Shown here piece after piece: positions 37,730 through 52,373 of a DNA stretch of 64,000 nt; position 1 is the first letter of the stretch; the number at the start of each line of letters is the position of its first letter. The notes under the pieces are model-generated. The model searched no databases. It was not told the DNA's origin and worked only from the letters and a program-made list of their open reading frames with translations. The translations under genes and the position numbers were made by a program. Source of the stretch: Eledone cirrhosa (taxonomy: Eukaryota); NCBI GenBank assembly GCA_964016885.1, contig OZ024741.1:112468001-112532000 (forward strand), given 5' to 3'.

Positions 37730-39357
37730 AATGTAGAGAATGAATAGGACAAGAAACTACCCCCAACTTACCCAAAAGAGGGACCACCTATTGAAGTTGA
37801 TAGTTTTAAGGTCAAGGAAATAAAAAATAGTAAAGCTGTGGGACCATCAGAAATAGTTGCTGAGAAATCATTGGGAGAGGTAGGATTCAAAATTGTAACC
37901 CATATAGTAAATCAAGTAATATATGACTGAATCATATCCAATGACTGGTGCAGCAGTACAATCATAAATTGTTACAAGGGTAAAAGTGATGCTCCAGGAA
38001 GTTATGAAAGTGATGGAAAGAGTTATAGTGGAACTAATTAGAGAAAGAGTCAAATTAGACAAGATGGAGTTTGGTTTCATGCCTAGGAAAAGTACTACAG
38101 ATATTCTCTTCTTAGTGGGGCAACTACAAGAGAAGTTCCTAGCCAAAAATAAGCCACTATATTTAGCTTTGTTGATCTAGAGAAGGCCTTTGACAGAGTA
38201 CCTCGATCTATTATCTGGTGGTCCTTAAACAAATTAGGTGTAGGAGAATGGCTTGTGAGAGCAGAGCAAGCTATGTATAGAGGAGCTGTCAGTAAACAGA
38301 AAGTAGAAAATGAGTTTAGCGACGGATTCAAGGTACAGGTAGGAGTTCTTAAAGGTTTAGTTCTTAGCCGACTGATAGTCATCATAGTTCTTCTGCCCAT
38401 AACAGAGAAGTTTAACATGGGTTGCCCATGGGAGCCTCTCTATGCAGATGAAACCAGAATCCTTCTAGCTGAAACCAGAATAGAACTAGAAAATAAATTC
38501 TGATTATGGAAACGGAATTTGGAATCAAAAGGCTTGAGAGTAAACTTAGCCAAAACTAAAGTGCTAGTGAGTAGGAGAGAAGGCAAGATCCAGATTCCCC
38601 CAGGTAAGTGATCATGCTCAATATGCAGAAAAGGAGTGGGCATAAACTCCATACAATGCACAAAATGTAAATCTTGGGTACACAAAATGTAAATCTTGGG
38701 TACACAAAAGAGGTAGTGGGATAACGGGTAGACTAACAGAAAGGGAGAACTTTGCTTGTAGAAGATGCACAGGAAAAATCGAGAGGAAGACAGCTAATGA
38801 TATAAACAATTTTTAGTCACAGGAAGGATCCATAGACGTGGCTGATTGCTTCTGCTCTCTAGATGACATAATTAGCAGCAGAGGATGGTGTGCTGAGCTA
38901 GAATAAGGATAGGATAGAAGGAGTTTAGAGAACAAGACCTACTCCCACTGTTGATCACAAAAGGTTTCTCCCTACGTACAAAGGGAAGGCTGTATGATGT
39001 GTGTGTGTGCAATGCTGCATGGTAGTGAAACAAGGGCTGTGACTGCAGAGGACATGTGTAGATTGCAGAGAAATGAAGCAATGTTTCGAGAAGACTGGAT
39101 TGGTATGGACATGTGATGCTCATGGACAATGGCCAATGGGCGAAGAAATGCCAAGAAATCCCAGTGGAAGGAAGCCGCAATAGAGAACAGCCAAGAAAGA
39201 CCTGGGCTGAGGTTGTGAGAATGGACCTAAAATTGCTAAGACTAGTAGAGGAGGTGCCGAAATAATGTGACAAGTGGAGAGATACCATACTGAGAAGAAC
39301 CTGTCCAACCCATGCTAACATGGAAAAGCGAACATAAAAATGATAATGATGATGATG
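37730..39357 (+). mobile_element. Old degenerate RTE LINE
   Basis: VMKVMERVIVELIRERV, MEFGFMP, DLEKAFDRVPR, GCPWEPLYAD, PHD remnant, (GAT)n tail; multiple frameshifts. Confidence 0.9.
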
Positions 39358-39927
39358 ATATATATGTGTGTGTGAAAGAATAAATGAATTGTAAAAATAG
39401 ATGGAAAAAAGATGTATCTATATTGATCGTATATATATATTACCTTTTCTCTTTCTTCTCGAAAAATAAGATTGAGGTAATAATAATAATATTAGGAAAT
39501 GGAAGTTAAAAAATAGGAGATTGGGAAAGCAAACCTTATAAATTTTAATTCTCCTACAAACAGATAAGCAACTTGGAAAGGAATGTTGATTTTAACTTTT
39601 GAGATAACAATCTATGTGTGCATAACAGAACGCCAAGGAAATAACAAATTCTTCACAGCCAGATCAATAGAAATTTAAAAAATGTAAACATTTATGATTC
39701 AACATCTGCAAGAGTTAGAGTTGCTAGCAGATTGCTTCAGAAGAAAATAGCTCCATAGACAAAGGCATTGCTGTGTGGTTAAGGAGCTTGCTACTCAACC
39801 AAATGGTTTGGCATTGGTTTAGTCCCACTGAATGGCAAGCTTGGGCAAGTGTTTTATACTATATAGCCTTAGATTAACCATTGCTTTGTGAGTGAAATTT
39901 GGTAGAGGGAAAATGATTAGAAACCTA

Positions 39928-40790
39928 TCATCATCATCATAACCTTTTTACATCCATTCTTCCATGCTAGCATGGGCTAGATGAGTTGTACTGTTATGGG
40001 CAATGCTAGGTCAGGTGACCATGCTTTGCTTATACAGAATTAATTTGGCTTGGTTTCTACAGCTGGATGCCCTTCCTAATGCCAACCTCATCTACTGTAA
40101 GTACTGGGTTTTTTGTTGTGATACCTCCACGACCACTTTACAGTGTGGACAGGGTGCTTTTTGTTGTGACACCTACACAACCACTTTACAGTGTGGTCCG
40201 GGTGCTTCTCGTCATCATACTTACACAACCCCTACACAGTGGAGGGTGAGTAGTGGTGGGGCAGTGGATACTGTATATATGCTTCAGCTTCAGCCTGTTC
40301 CCATGGGAAGTCGGGTCTTCTGTATTACTGCATAACACCAGAGATCTCAGTCCTGCATCATCACATTTGAGAGGTGCAATTGGGTAAGGTCAGCTTTTAT
40401 CACCTCATCCCAAGTCTCCCTGGGTCTTGTCACTCCAAGGCTTCCATCGACTTTGAGTGCTCTGCACCTTTTTCTACAGCTGTCATCCTTCATACGCATC
40501 ACATATCCATGCCAGCGTAATCTCCTCTCTTGCACACAACATTTGATACTTCTTATGCCTAGTTTCTCTTTCAGTTCGCTTATGCTTTGCCATTCACATA
40601 TATTAATATTACACATCCATCGAAGCATGCAAACTTCATTTCTTTCCAGCCTATGCAAGTCTTCTGTACACAGTGCCCATGCAACATTGCTGTTCGTATG
40701 CACACATCATACAGTCTGCCTTTCATTTTGAGGGAAAAACCTTTTGTAGCTAGCAGTGACAGTAGCTCCTTGAACTTCTTTCATCCCGTT
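39928..40790 (-). mobile_element. RTE LINE 3' portion
   Basis: ORF 40347-40703 ERNEVCMLRWMC..ERRLRWHGYVMRMKDD..RPRETWDE; 3' UTR and (ATC)n. Confidence 0.9.
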
Positions 40791-43090
40791 ATATATATAT
40801 ATATATATCATCTTCATCATGATCATTTTATGACTACTTTCCATGCTAGAATGGTTTGAATGGGTCAACAGATTCCCTAGCTACATATTGTTTATAAGTT
40901 TCATATTTCGGCATGGTTTCTACAGCTGGATCCTCATCCTTTATCCCGACAACAGCAGTAAGAAGCTTGTCATGTTCTCAGCAACACTGAAGAGTCCTTC
41001 CTATTCTATATTGTCTCCATTTAATCATCAATCACTTTACTGTGGCACCAACACAATATATATATAATTTGATTAGTATTGCAGGATGCAACTACAACGA
41101 TGTAAAACTTGAAATAAAATTATACTTACACACATCCATATACACATACACACATATATAGACACACACACACATATATATGCATATATACGAGGGTGTC
41201 TGTGTCCATGTTTACTATTTGTTTATGTCTTGTAACTTAGCAGTTTGACAAATAGAGATTGATATATTAGGTACCAAACTTGAAAATAAAAAATCAGGAG
41301 TTGATATCTTCAACTACATCTTTGAAGTTGCTACCCCAGCATGGCCACAGTGCAATAACGGAAACCGGAAAAGAATAAAATTTATGATTTACTCTTTCAT
41401 TACCGTATTTCTAATGAATTTCTTTGCATTTTAGTTACTTTAAGAATTTGGGAAGGATTTATTAAAATTACAATTTCATTAAGATGGTGTTTGTAACACA
41501 TAAAATGTTCTTAGAGATATGCTGGAAGACTTCTTTGAATTGAAGGATCGCAGCTCTGATATTATGGGGATGTGGCTTGAATATCCCAGGAAAGTATTGC
41601 TGGACAGATTTTATGGATAAAACCAACCCTGGGATAGACTCTAAACAAAATGTTTGAATAACATACATAAGCTTGGCTGGTCTTGCTTGGGGATCCAAAT
41701 GGATCAATTGGAGATGGTTGCTTCTGACCTGGCCGACTGGACTGAGTACTTAAGGACTCTGCCCCAACGACCTTTCCAGAAATAAGTAGGCGAAGAAGAC
41801 GATTTTAATTGAGGTAGGAACATTTTAAAATGGGTGGTTTTGTTTCACAGAAACAGAAGCGATGTTGCTTGTGTTTGTATCAAAAGAGTTAACAACTATA
41901 AAATTTAGGGACGCTAACAGATTATTTCATCTGAAAATAGTACCAGGAGTTGAAATGATACTGCTTTCAGACATCACAGTTCAAGGAAAATGGCGTCCAT
42001 GTTTGATGAGATCAAATATGTTGAAAGAAAGAAAGAAATAAAGTTGGCTGTCTTAAAAGGAGACACCATTTACTACTTGATTGAACACAGAGTTGTTGAG
42101 AACATATTTTTGTTGAAACATCTGTCTTGTGTGTGTACGAGTGTATATAGGTGTGTGTCTAATCCTTGCTACCAGGGGAAATAGATGTTACATGATGATG
42201 GTACAAACACACACACACATTATACATCATCATTTCTACATCTATTTACCATGCTTGCATGGGTCAGATGTATTCTCTTCATCACAGCTTCTCCACTTAT
42301 CCCATTACATTGCTCTCTCTTTCTCCCCCCCCTCTCTCTATATATATATGTGTGTGTACATATATATATATATATGTACATATAGATATAATATGTTATA
42401 TATACAGATATGAATACATACATACTTATGTATGTCTGTATACTTAGGTTAAAAAGAGATAATACACATCAGTTGATTCAAAAACCATTTCCTTTGAATC
42501 TTCAGTTGACTGAAAGGCTGATTGAACAACAAAACTGTGGCCATGCTAGAGCACTACCACAAAGTCAATCATATTGCCCCTACTACAGATTTTCTTTGTT
42601 GAATGGTTAAGTTCTTGATAGAAACACACACACATCCCCACACCTCTATATCTTTACAAACATTTAGCAAGCAAGCTAGAAAAACCCATCTTGTGTATGT
42701 GTGTACACACACGCACACACAAAATGGGCTTTTGCAGTTTCAGTCAACCAATTTTATTCATAAATTCTTGTCTAACTCAAAACCACATTGTTGGGAAGTA
42801 ATCTCAGACTCATTAGTTGTGTCAGACATGACAACTTCTCTTATGCTGGTGCACACAGTAGCACATAAGACTGTACATAAATGGGATGCAGAACCCTGGT
42901 CTGTCTGGGAGGTCAGTAGCCCTTCTTCAAGACTGACTTTATCGAAGATAATCCTTCCTACCTTGCTAATAGGGAAAGCAAATGTTAAATGACAATGATG
43001 AGGATTATGTTGATATATATAAATATATACAAAGATATGTCGGGTTAAAATTTGTTTTTGTGAATCAATGTGCAAACAAAGTAACACATT

Positions 43091-43122
<32 letters not shown>

Positions 43123-44118
43123 ATTATAACTACATGCACACATACACACACGTAACTGGCATCCCATTGGTTATGACAACAAGAGTCTCAGTTGATACGA
43201 ACAACAGAAATAGATGTACAAGTGGTTGTACATACCACAGACATGCATACGATAACATAGTTCTCAGGGAGATTCAACATGACATAGAACACGACAAGGC
43301 TAGCCCTTTGAATTACATGTGCAAATCATTTTTGCCAGCTGAGTGGACTGGAACAATATGAAATATGTCTTGCCCAAGGACACAATGTGCCATAGGGAAT
43401 CAAAATCATGACCTTAGGATCGTAAGGCCATTTTCTTACAAAACACATAAAAAATCATAGGAAAAAAATGAATTTCATCTTCAAAATTCTAACCAACTCA
43501 AAATTCTAACCTAACCTATCAAATAACTACCATTAAAATTAAAGATCATTTTACCATTACTCCTGTTTCTGAGAGAGGGTATAATAGTAAAATTTAACGC
43601 ACACACTAACATGATTTGGAGATTCAGCACCCTAAAGTTGGAAACAAATCTCAGATAAAAATTGAAAAATTGTGTTGTGTGGTTTTCATTTCAATCATAA
43701 AATGATTCTGTAATTTATGTAAATCATAGATGCTCAGATATTCACATGGTCTACTCTTATAATAATTTAAACAAATAAAAATATATATTTAAAGTTAGAA
43801 AAGGAAATGAGACTGATATATACAAAATATAGGCAAAATAATGTATTCAGTTGGACTGTAATTAATATTGTTTCTTGTAAGATTAATAAATAAATGCTTG
43901 CTTTCATGCATCAATGTATTTGCTATTTCACAGTTACATTTTCTTATACGCATCCAGGAAAATACATTTGTTTTTATAAATTCACTCTTTCTTATTGGTT
44001 CATATGTTGAATATTAAGAATTTTAGGTGGTATGCATGAGTAATACATTTAAACATAAACACATTTTCAGAGTTATGCACATAAAGTATGCTGCATATTC
44101 TCATGTATTTGAATTCTT

Positions 44119-44155
<37 letters not shown>

Positions 44156-44536
44156 GTTAAGGTAAGGGTTTGGATAGAGTTTATAGTGTTTGTAGAGAGA
44201 CTTCCACTGGTCTGACAGTTAGTGTGCAGCAGGGGAGAGAGGAGGGTCTCTCCCATAAGTGTTCTTACTCCTATGGACAACCACTGGTTAAATTCCATAG
44301 AGTGTTGTCCATGGTGTGGTGTTGTTGTTATCTTGAGTGTTCCACCAGTCTTTAGGGATGAGTTGGGTCCTCTGGTAAGCTCTGGTAATAAAAATGAAGT
44401 GGAATTTCTAGTTCAATGTGTTGCTATGTGCTTTTTGATGCAGGCAGAGCATATGAAGCCATCACCCATTTATTGCTTCAGTGTAAAAATATGTGTGTAT
44501 ATATATAAATATGTATGTATGTATATATATATATAT

Positions 44537-44856
44537 AATTCTCAGACCGGGTGATGTGTTGTTTCCTTGAGCAAGACACTTTATTTCACATTGTTCCAGT
44601 TCAGCTGTAGGAATGAGATGATAGGACTGGGGTCCCTATCATTCCACTGCAAAGTGGTCGTGGAGGTGCCACAGCAAAAAAGCACCCAGCACTCACTGTA
44701 AAGTGGACGTGTAGGCGCCACAGAAAAAAAAAGCACCCACCACTCACTGTAAATGAGGTTGGTGTTAGGAAGGGCATCCACGTGTAGAAATCAAGCCAGA
44801 ATCAGTTCACGTCCCACCCTTGCAAGCAGGGAAAAGCAGACGTAAAATCATGATGA
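44537..44856 (+). mobile_element. SINE family A, 5'-truncated
   Basis: Homologous to 17943-18233. Confidence 0.85.
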
Positions 44857-45603
44857 TATATATATATATATACATATGTGTGTGTCTATATATTCATACA
44901 ACATATATAAATTATATGGGATTTTTCTTCAAAACACCAAAAACACATATACAGAACAGGCATTCAAAAGAATCTCTCATAATGCATACTTATTCACATT
45001 CATATTAAATGGAATCTATTATTTAACTCTGTTACTGCCGCTAGCTATAGCAGAATATCTACTTGATGCTTAAAGGTGAATGTCCATTCTGCTGTTCTTT
45101 CAATCTATGCTGAAGCGCTATACTTGAAATGTTAAATGGAGTCTCCTTCTTTTCCTTCAGCATTCAATTATTTGTTGTGTACTCCTGAACATATATATAT
45201 ATATATCTTTGTTATTTAGAAATGACTTCTACAGGACTAGAACTGTTTCATTTGTATGAAATTAGCAGGAAAACTACAAATGTACTGAGTACCTTTATCA
45301 TGTGGTCACACCCACCCCAATGCCTACAGGGAATTCACCCATTATATATATATAGTTTGATGGTTTGTAACTTTCTTACCATCGGTTCTCCAACTTGAGC
45401 ACTCAATGCTGGGTCCGTTATAGTATAGTATGTGGTGTTGTACATTTGGTGTTACACTACAGTTTTTCTCCTTTATAAGCACAATAATGTGTAGGAAGTA
45501 TCATCATTAAGTTTAATCACAATTGATTAGCTCAATCAGGCCTGACTCTAGAATCATCAGACTCGTGGATTCCTTAATACACACACACACACATATATAT
45601 ATA

Positions 45604-45715
45604 TGAATTTGTTTTGCAAAATTTTTGATATGAAATCATGTGTTGAAACAAATATTGTTATATTTGGGAGGGTCATATTGTTATAATATTGCCAGAAATA
45701 ATAAAACACACTTAC
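45604..45715 (-). mobile_element. Solo fragment of the PLE pseudo-LTR tip
   Basis: Matches the reverse complement of about 63120-63215 (TGAATTTGTT..GAAATC.TGTGTTGAAAC..ATATTGTTATA.TTGGGAGGGTCAT). Confidence 0.75.
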
Positions 45716-45787
45716 TGTTTGGTTTGGATTTCGTTTCTGTATATTTTATATCCCTCCACAAATATAAATAAACAAATAAATATATAT

Positions 45788-46361
<574 letters not shown>

Positions 46362-46532
46362 TCATTTTTTTGAGCACTTATTGAATTATTTAAGGTGTAT
46401 GAGCTAGATTAGTTTAGCCTCAGTCAGTGCTGGAATTACCTATAAGCCTCAGCTTAGGGATACACACTCTTGGGGTCTCATTTAAAAAAATATATTTTCA
46501 TTAGTTTTTATTCTTCAACACTAAATCGTCAG

Positions 46533-46578
<46 letters not shown>

Positions 46579-46628
46579 ATTAATACAAGATCGGAGGCCA
46601 TATTTAGTTGATTCAGGTTTATTTAAAA

Positions 46629-46690
46629 CTCTGTTATACATATTTCACTGAGGACTATCAGTTATGATAGCCTGAGCTCTTCAGACAAAG
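46629..46690 (-). ncRNA. Type-I hammerhead ribozyme motif (solo)
   Basis: CUUUGU-CUGAAGA-GCUCAGG CUAUCA(UAAC)UGAUAG U CCUCAGU-GAAA-UAUGUA-UA-ACAGAG. Confidence 0.85.
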
Positions 46691-47409
46691 CCTAAAATAA
46701 AGCTCCTAAGAAACCTCTAATTTGGGAAAATCCAATAATTTCCCCCCAAAAAGATTTTTTTCCATGATACACAGGGCTGGCCGAATGCATGGTGTTGTTT
46801 CTTCAACGGGCGGCCCCTGTATAATCTCAAGAATTTTGGTGGAAGTGTTGGTCAGTTTAGGAAGTAACTAAAACAGCTGGTAGCCCTTCTTCCTCCCTGC
46901 TCTATTAGTAGCTGTTGTAGTAGTAGTGACATCCATCTCCTTCCAACCCTTTATTGTCCACAGGTCTGCAACAACTCTGAATATTATAACCGATACCAAA
47001 AATTAACCACATAAAAAATTAAACTAATTAATTAAGAACAAAAGGAAAGGTTAACCCCATACTTTAGCAGAGAGCGAAAGAGAGCTTCGGACAGAAACAT
47101 GAACTTTCCTCTCTAAATATGTATGTAAAAACTAATAATTTTTCTTCTCCATTTTATTATTTATCATATAAATATGCAATTTAGCTGCACTTTACACTTC
47201 CATCGTTGAAAAGCATATAATGCTGAAACCATTACCACGATTAAATGCGGAAATCCCCACTTTATAAATAAATGTTTTGATATTATACTGAAAAGATCCC
47301 TCCACCATTTTCTACTGTATTTTTTTCCTTTTTACTATTTGTATATATATATATCAACTTGTGTGTCACATTTATACATTCCATATATATATACACATAC
47401 AGGAAAAAA

Positions 47410-47545
47410 AGTAGAGTGGGTAATAGGAAAAGAGTCAGGACCCCAACGGCTGAGCTGCAGCTGTTTTGACAGCCAGATCTAGCTCTTGAAAAGGCTGGAG
47501 CTCAGCCGTCAGGGTCCTGACTCTTTACCTATTACCCACTCTACT
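47410..47545. repeat. GC-balanced fold-back element (MITE-like hairpin)
   Basis: AGTAGAGTGGGTAATAGG..AGAGTCAGGACCC..CGGCTGAGCT and its reverse complement; arms about 50 bp. Confidence 0.85.
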
Positions 47546-49511
47546 ACCCTAAGGATTGAGTACTCTGATGCATTATGGTCCACCTGGTATCTTACCACAC
47601 CTTCTTTGTACATATACATATGAATAAACACACACACACATATCATGTATAATTTAGATATTTTTTACCCAAATATTTTTAGAGAAGAGCCTCAGGAGGT
47701 GTAAGTTCGGCCCTGACCTCAGTGCATGACAGCCCATCTAATCAATGTAAACATGAAAAATAGGCATTAATCAGTGATGATGGTGATATATATTTAGTAC
47801 ACTGCATATTCATTTACAGTCATAAAAATATCTGTGAGTTGGTCAAATATTTTTTGCTGTTATATCAAGAGAATATACAGTCCTATTTCATTTTATCTGA
47901 TTATTGAACAATTTCATAGAAGAGATTCTTCAAACTGCATGATATGGTGCCAGGAAGTTCTGTTATTCCTATTGGGGCATACTGTTTCCAATGAACTATT
48001 GGCTTTTTAGAAGATACTACTAATTTTGATTGGCGCCATGTAGTCATCAATCCAGCCATTCATCCATCTATCCATACATGCATTCAGTTTGCAATTCTCT
48101 GATGGTTTTCTTAAATCTAATGAGGTGTGTTAAAGAAACGAATGCGTGCTTGTGCACTCTACATGTATATTTAAGTGTGAATCTATGCATGTGTGTGTAT
48201 GCAGGCATGCACATCTATTTGTGTGCTGTATGTGTGTATGTATGCATGTGCGTGTGTTGTATAAGTATGTGTATATATGTAAAGTATTTATTCATGCATG
48301 TGCATGTATATATGTGTGTGTGCATGTGTAGGTGGGTTTGTATGCATGCATGTTTGTGGATGTATATGCATATGTAATGTTTGTAGTATATATATGTATG
48401 CATGAATGTGTGTGTATATGTATGTGTCTTTATGTATTTGCGTGGAAATTTATGTATATATGTATGTATTCATATGTGCATATCTATGCATATGTGGGGA
48501 TACTTATGTACACAGGTCGATTTGAATGTATGTATGTGTGTGAATGTGTAAGAACCATGTGAAAAGTAAATATACTCATGCGCACATAAATGTATGTAAA
48601 AGCTGAATGGTTAAGAGAGAGAGAGACCTAATGAGGGAAATGAGGCAGAAAAGAGACAGAGAAAGACAGGCAGACAGACAGATAGGGCAGAGAAACAGAA
48701 AGATAGAGAACCCCATAAACACACATATATACGAATTAAAACACACTCACAGAAACACACACATAGGAAGTACCCCCCACCCGCATCCACACATATGGTT
48801 GCATATATCTACTGGTGATCCAATGTTCTTTCTTCTGTTTTTGTCTCTTCTCTTCCTCTCATCCTTGATCTAATTATAGATAGATAGATAGTTTGAATGA
48901 TATCAAATCCTATCAAGCTAAACACACCATCCTTCTCTATCAAATAATTATATCACTGAAGTTAAGAGCTACATGTAAACCCTTTATTGTTTTTCTAAAT
49001 ACTTTTTAGCTCTTTTACTGGTTTCAATCATTAAACTGCAGCCATGTTAGGGCACCACCTTAAAGGGATTTAGTTGATCATATCGACCCCAGTGCTTACT
49101 TTTTTTTCAAGTCTGATGCTTATTGAATTGATTTGTTTTTGTTGAACAACTAAGTTCCAGGACATAAACACAGAATGGTGAATACATCCACACACCTATA
49201 CATATCCTCCTCATCATCATCACCCCCACCACCACTACCACTATCATTTACCATCTATTTTTGATGCTTGCATGGGTTAGACGAGTTTTTATTCTATGAG
49301 ACTAACCAGGTCAAGTAAGCATGTCTTGCTCAAACATCTGTTTGTGGCAAGATTTTCTACTGCTAGATGCCCTTCCTAATTCTAACTACACAAAAACATG
49401 TACTGCAAGCTTTTCTTGTGTCACCACCATAATGGCTTTACAGGGTAGACTGGTTGCATTTTTTCATGGCACCAGGATGACCACCTAATAGGCTTGACTG
49501 GGTGAACTTTA

Positions 49512-49663
49512 TGTAAAGCTGCCAATATACAGGTTAACTATAAAATAGTTTAATAAATCACACAATTAACCCTTAAAGACAGAAGAAGTCATATACAGCT
49601 GTCTACTTTTTTTTCTATCGTCAATTTATTCAACTATAGTTAACCTGTTTTGAGACAGCTTTA
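49512..49663. repeat. Degenerate inverted-repeat (MITE-like) element
   Basis: GTAAAGCTG..ACAGGTTAACTATA / TATAGTTAACCTGT..CAGCTTTAC. Confidence 0.55.
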
Positions 49664-49805
49664 CAAAAGGTAATGTACATTCAAATTTGCCTTACACTTT
49701 GTAAATGATTAATTTTGCTTATATATATATATTTATATATACAAGCAAATTATAAACGTAAACATCTAAGTATGTTTTTGAAACGGTGCGCGAGTTTGAA
49801 ATTAG

Positions 49806-49926
49806 AAATTAGAAATTATAAGCTTTCACCGTATTTTAGACTAAAGAAATTTCTAGCCTGATAGTGGGGTTTATAACCCTCGGAGAAAAATGGAAAAATA
49901 CGGTGAAAGCTTATAATTTCTAATTT
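49806..49926. repeat. Small element with perfect 32-bp inverted termini
   Basis: 49806-49837 is the exact reverse complement of 49895-49926; abuts (TA)n. Confidence 0.85.
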
Positions 49927-49927
49927 A

Positions 49928-49979
<52 letters not shown>

Positions 49980-50238
49980 CTTGGAGAATGTCTGCAGACA
50001 ATACAACACTCTCTTTTCACTTTTCAGTTTTTGAACATGCTATTCTCTTTTCCCTATCTTCTATGATGAGTATGGGTTCTTCGTAACCCTGTTTTGAAAT
50101 TCAGTTGATGTTATCTGATGAGACAATCCCGTCTTGCATCAAAAATGGATGATGGAGCTGGGCATTGAAATTTGTATAATCATTTCACTGAATTTAAATT
50201 TACAGCATATCCTCCAGTCCGGCCTTCTGTTATTGTTT

Positions 50239-50308
<70 letters not shown>

Positions 50309-50842
50309 GGTATGGCTTAGTGGTTAGGGTATTTGGCTCATAGTCGTAAGGTGGTGGCAAGACACTTCATTTCATACTCAGGTGCCAAAAATGAGTTGTA
50401 CATGTAATTCGAAGGGCCAAACGTATCACCCTCTGTGTCACATTGAATCTCCCTGAGAACTAGGTTAAAGGTACTTGGTCTGGGAAATTCTCAGTCACTT
50501 GCAGGTTAATTTCATGAACAGGTTGTTCTGTTGATCATATCAAGTGGAACTCTTGCCACTTTGACTGATGTCTGCCAGTTAACTACACAACAATCCCAGC
50601 ACCTCATACATTCAATGTTATATTTTGTCAGCCAGTCTTTGTAGTTTCAGGTATTAATGAAGAAACAGTGGAAAATATAAAGTTAGTGAAGGACAAGAGT
50701 TGTTAGAATATGAGACAGTTGATGTATGATGTGCAGGAAAGGAGAATGAAATGAATGTAGACAAGAATGATTGTAGGAGAGGAGCATAGCATCAATATAA
50801 ATCACTCTGAGAAAGTAACAATGACATAAACTCAAGCCCTAC

Positions 50843-50961
50843 CTGTCATATCCAAGAACTGCATAAGTTTGATGCATTGAAGATCAGGGGTTTGAGTCAA
50901 AAGGTTGGATACTGAACTCAGTATTAAGTTATCAAAATACAAAAGCTTTAGGGTAAGTTTT
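50843..50961 (-). CDS. Candidate 119-nt exon of unknown host gene
   Basis: TTTTCAG acceptor, CAG/GTAGGG donor, open frame KLTLKLLYFDNLILSSVSNLLTQTPDLQCIKLMQFLDMT; no recognisable homology. Confidence 0.22.
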
Positions 50962-51526
50962 CTGAAAATTGGATTTTGTGGCATTACGTATCTATTGTGT
51001 GTATTTGCTATGTTTAGAATCAGTACACTGTATCCTGTAGGCCTTAAAAGGCTGGTTGCCAGAAAGAGCATTTGGCTGTAAAACATTAACTAAAAGCCCT
51101 CCAGGCTAACCCCTACACTAGCAGACAACACTTAAAAAATATATGTATGCATACATTACAACATCGTCATTGTCTTACATATGCTTCTCAATGCTTGCAT
51201 GGGTTGGATGTGTCTTTTCTAGTACAGCTTCCCATCACTCATTGCACTCTTTCATCATCTCTGTGAGCCTCAGCAATTTGGCTCTACTCTCACAACTTCT
51301 ACTTAGGTCTTTCTTGGTCTTCCACTGCAGTTTCCTTCCGCTGGGAATTCTCAATACTTTGTCACCCAACAATAATCATCCATTTGCATCACATGGTCAC
51401 ACTGGTGCAGTTGTCTCTCTTGTTCACTACTTTTGATTTCCTATATACCAAGCTTTTCTCTCACTTCTATGCTTTGTCATTCATGCATGAATGTTATATA
51501 AAGCTGAATAATATTATATATTCCCT

Positions 51527-51838
51527 TCATCATTTCATCATCATTTCATTTTATGTCCACTTTTCCCTGCTTGCAAGGGTGGGACGGGAACTGATTCTGG
51601 CTTGATTTCTACAGCTGGATGCCCTTCCTAACACCAACCTCATTTACAGTGAGTGCTGGGTGCTTTTTTGCCGTGGCACCTCCACGACCACTTTGCAGTG
51701 GAATGATTTGGACCCCAGTCCCTATCATCTCATTTCTACAGCTGAGTAAACGGGAGCAATGTGAAATAAAGTGTCTTGCTCAAGGAAACAACACATCACC
51801 CGGTCTAAGAATTGAACTCACAACCTTTCGATTGCAAA
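51527..51838 (-). mobile_element. SINE family A
   Basis: Near-identical to 17884-18233 in reverse orientation. Confidence 0.88.
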
Positions 51839-52373
51839 TCCCTTAATGATTACATAACAAATTATGTAGTTGCTTTTGTTATGGCTTAACATTAAGTTTA
51901 CTCTGATTGAACAAACATAAGTACAAAAGCAATGCAACTAAGACACTTTTGACTTTCTGTCTATCAGTCAGATACTACATCGTCCAATGTATTCCTTTTC
52001 CATCTAAAATTGTAGTGTGTGTCATTTGAAGGAGATTTGCTATTTCTAGCTGGTCAAATGATTTTGTAGCTGGTTTGTTATAAATTATGTTATCAAATTC
52101 TGTGCAACTAATGCAATGGGATTCAGAAAAAATATGTGTCTTGTCCTTGTGTAAGAAAATATCATGAATTTCCAAGAACTAAAGTCAGAAATCATTTGCA
52201 ATAGTTTGATAGAAATAGAGCTAACTCCTATCATCAACATAATGTAATCAATTCTAAATATGAATATGGAAGAATATCTTGGGGAAGGAATTTAGATTTT
52301 AGGTGCTTCTTTGGTTAGAAAAAAAAACAAAACTATCACACCATATGGTAATGTTACAGCTCACGTAGGTTTA

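Noticed and set aside
50115-50140. Hammerhead candidate CUGAUGA-GAC..GUC
   Set aside because: Stem II forms but is followed by UUGC rather than GAAA; no stem I or III.
49980-50250. Minus-strand exon ending CAA/GTATGT
   Set aside because: Stop codons in every frame tested.
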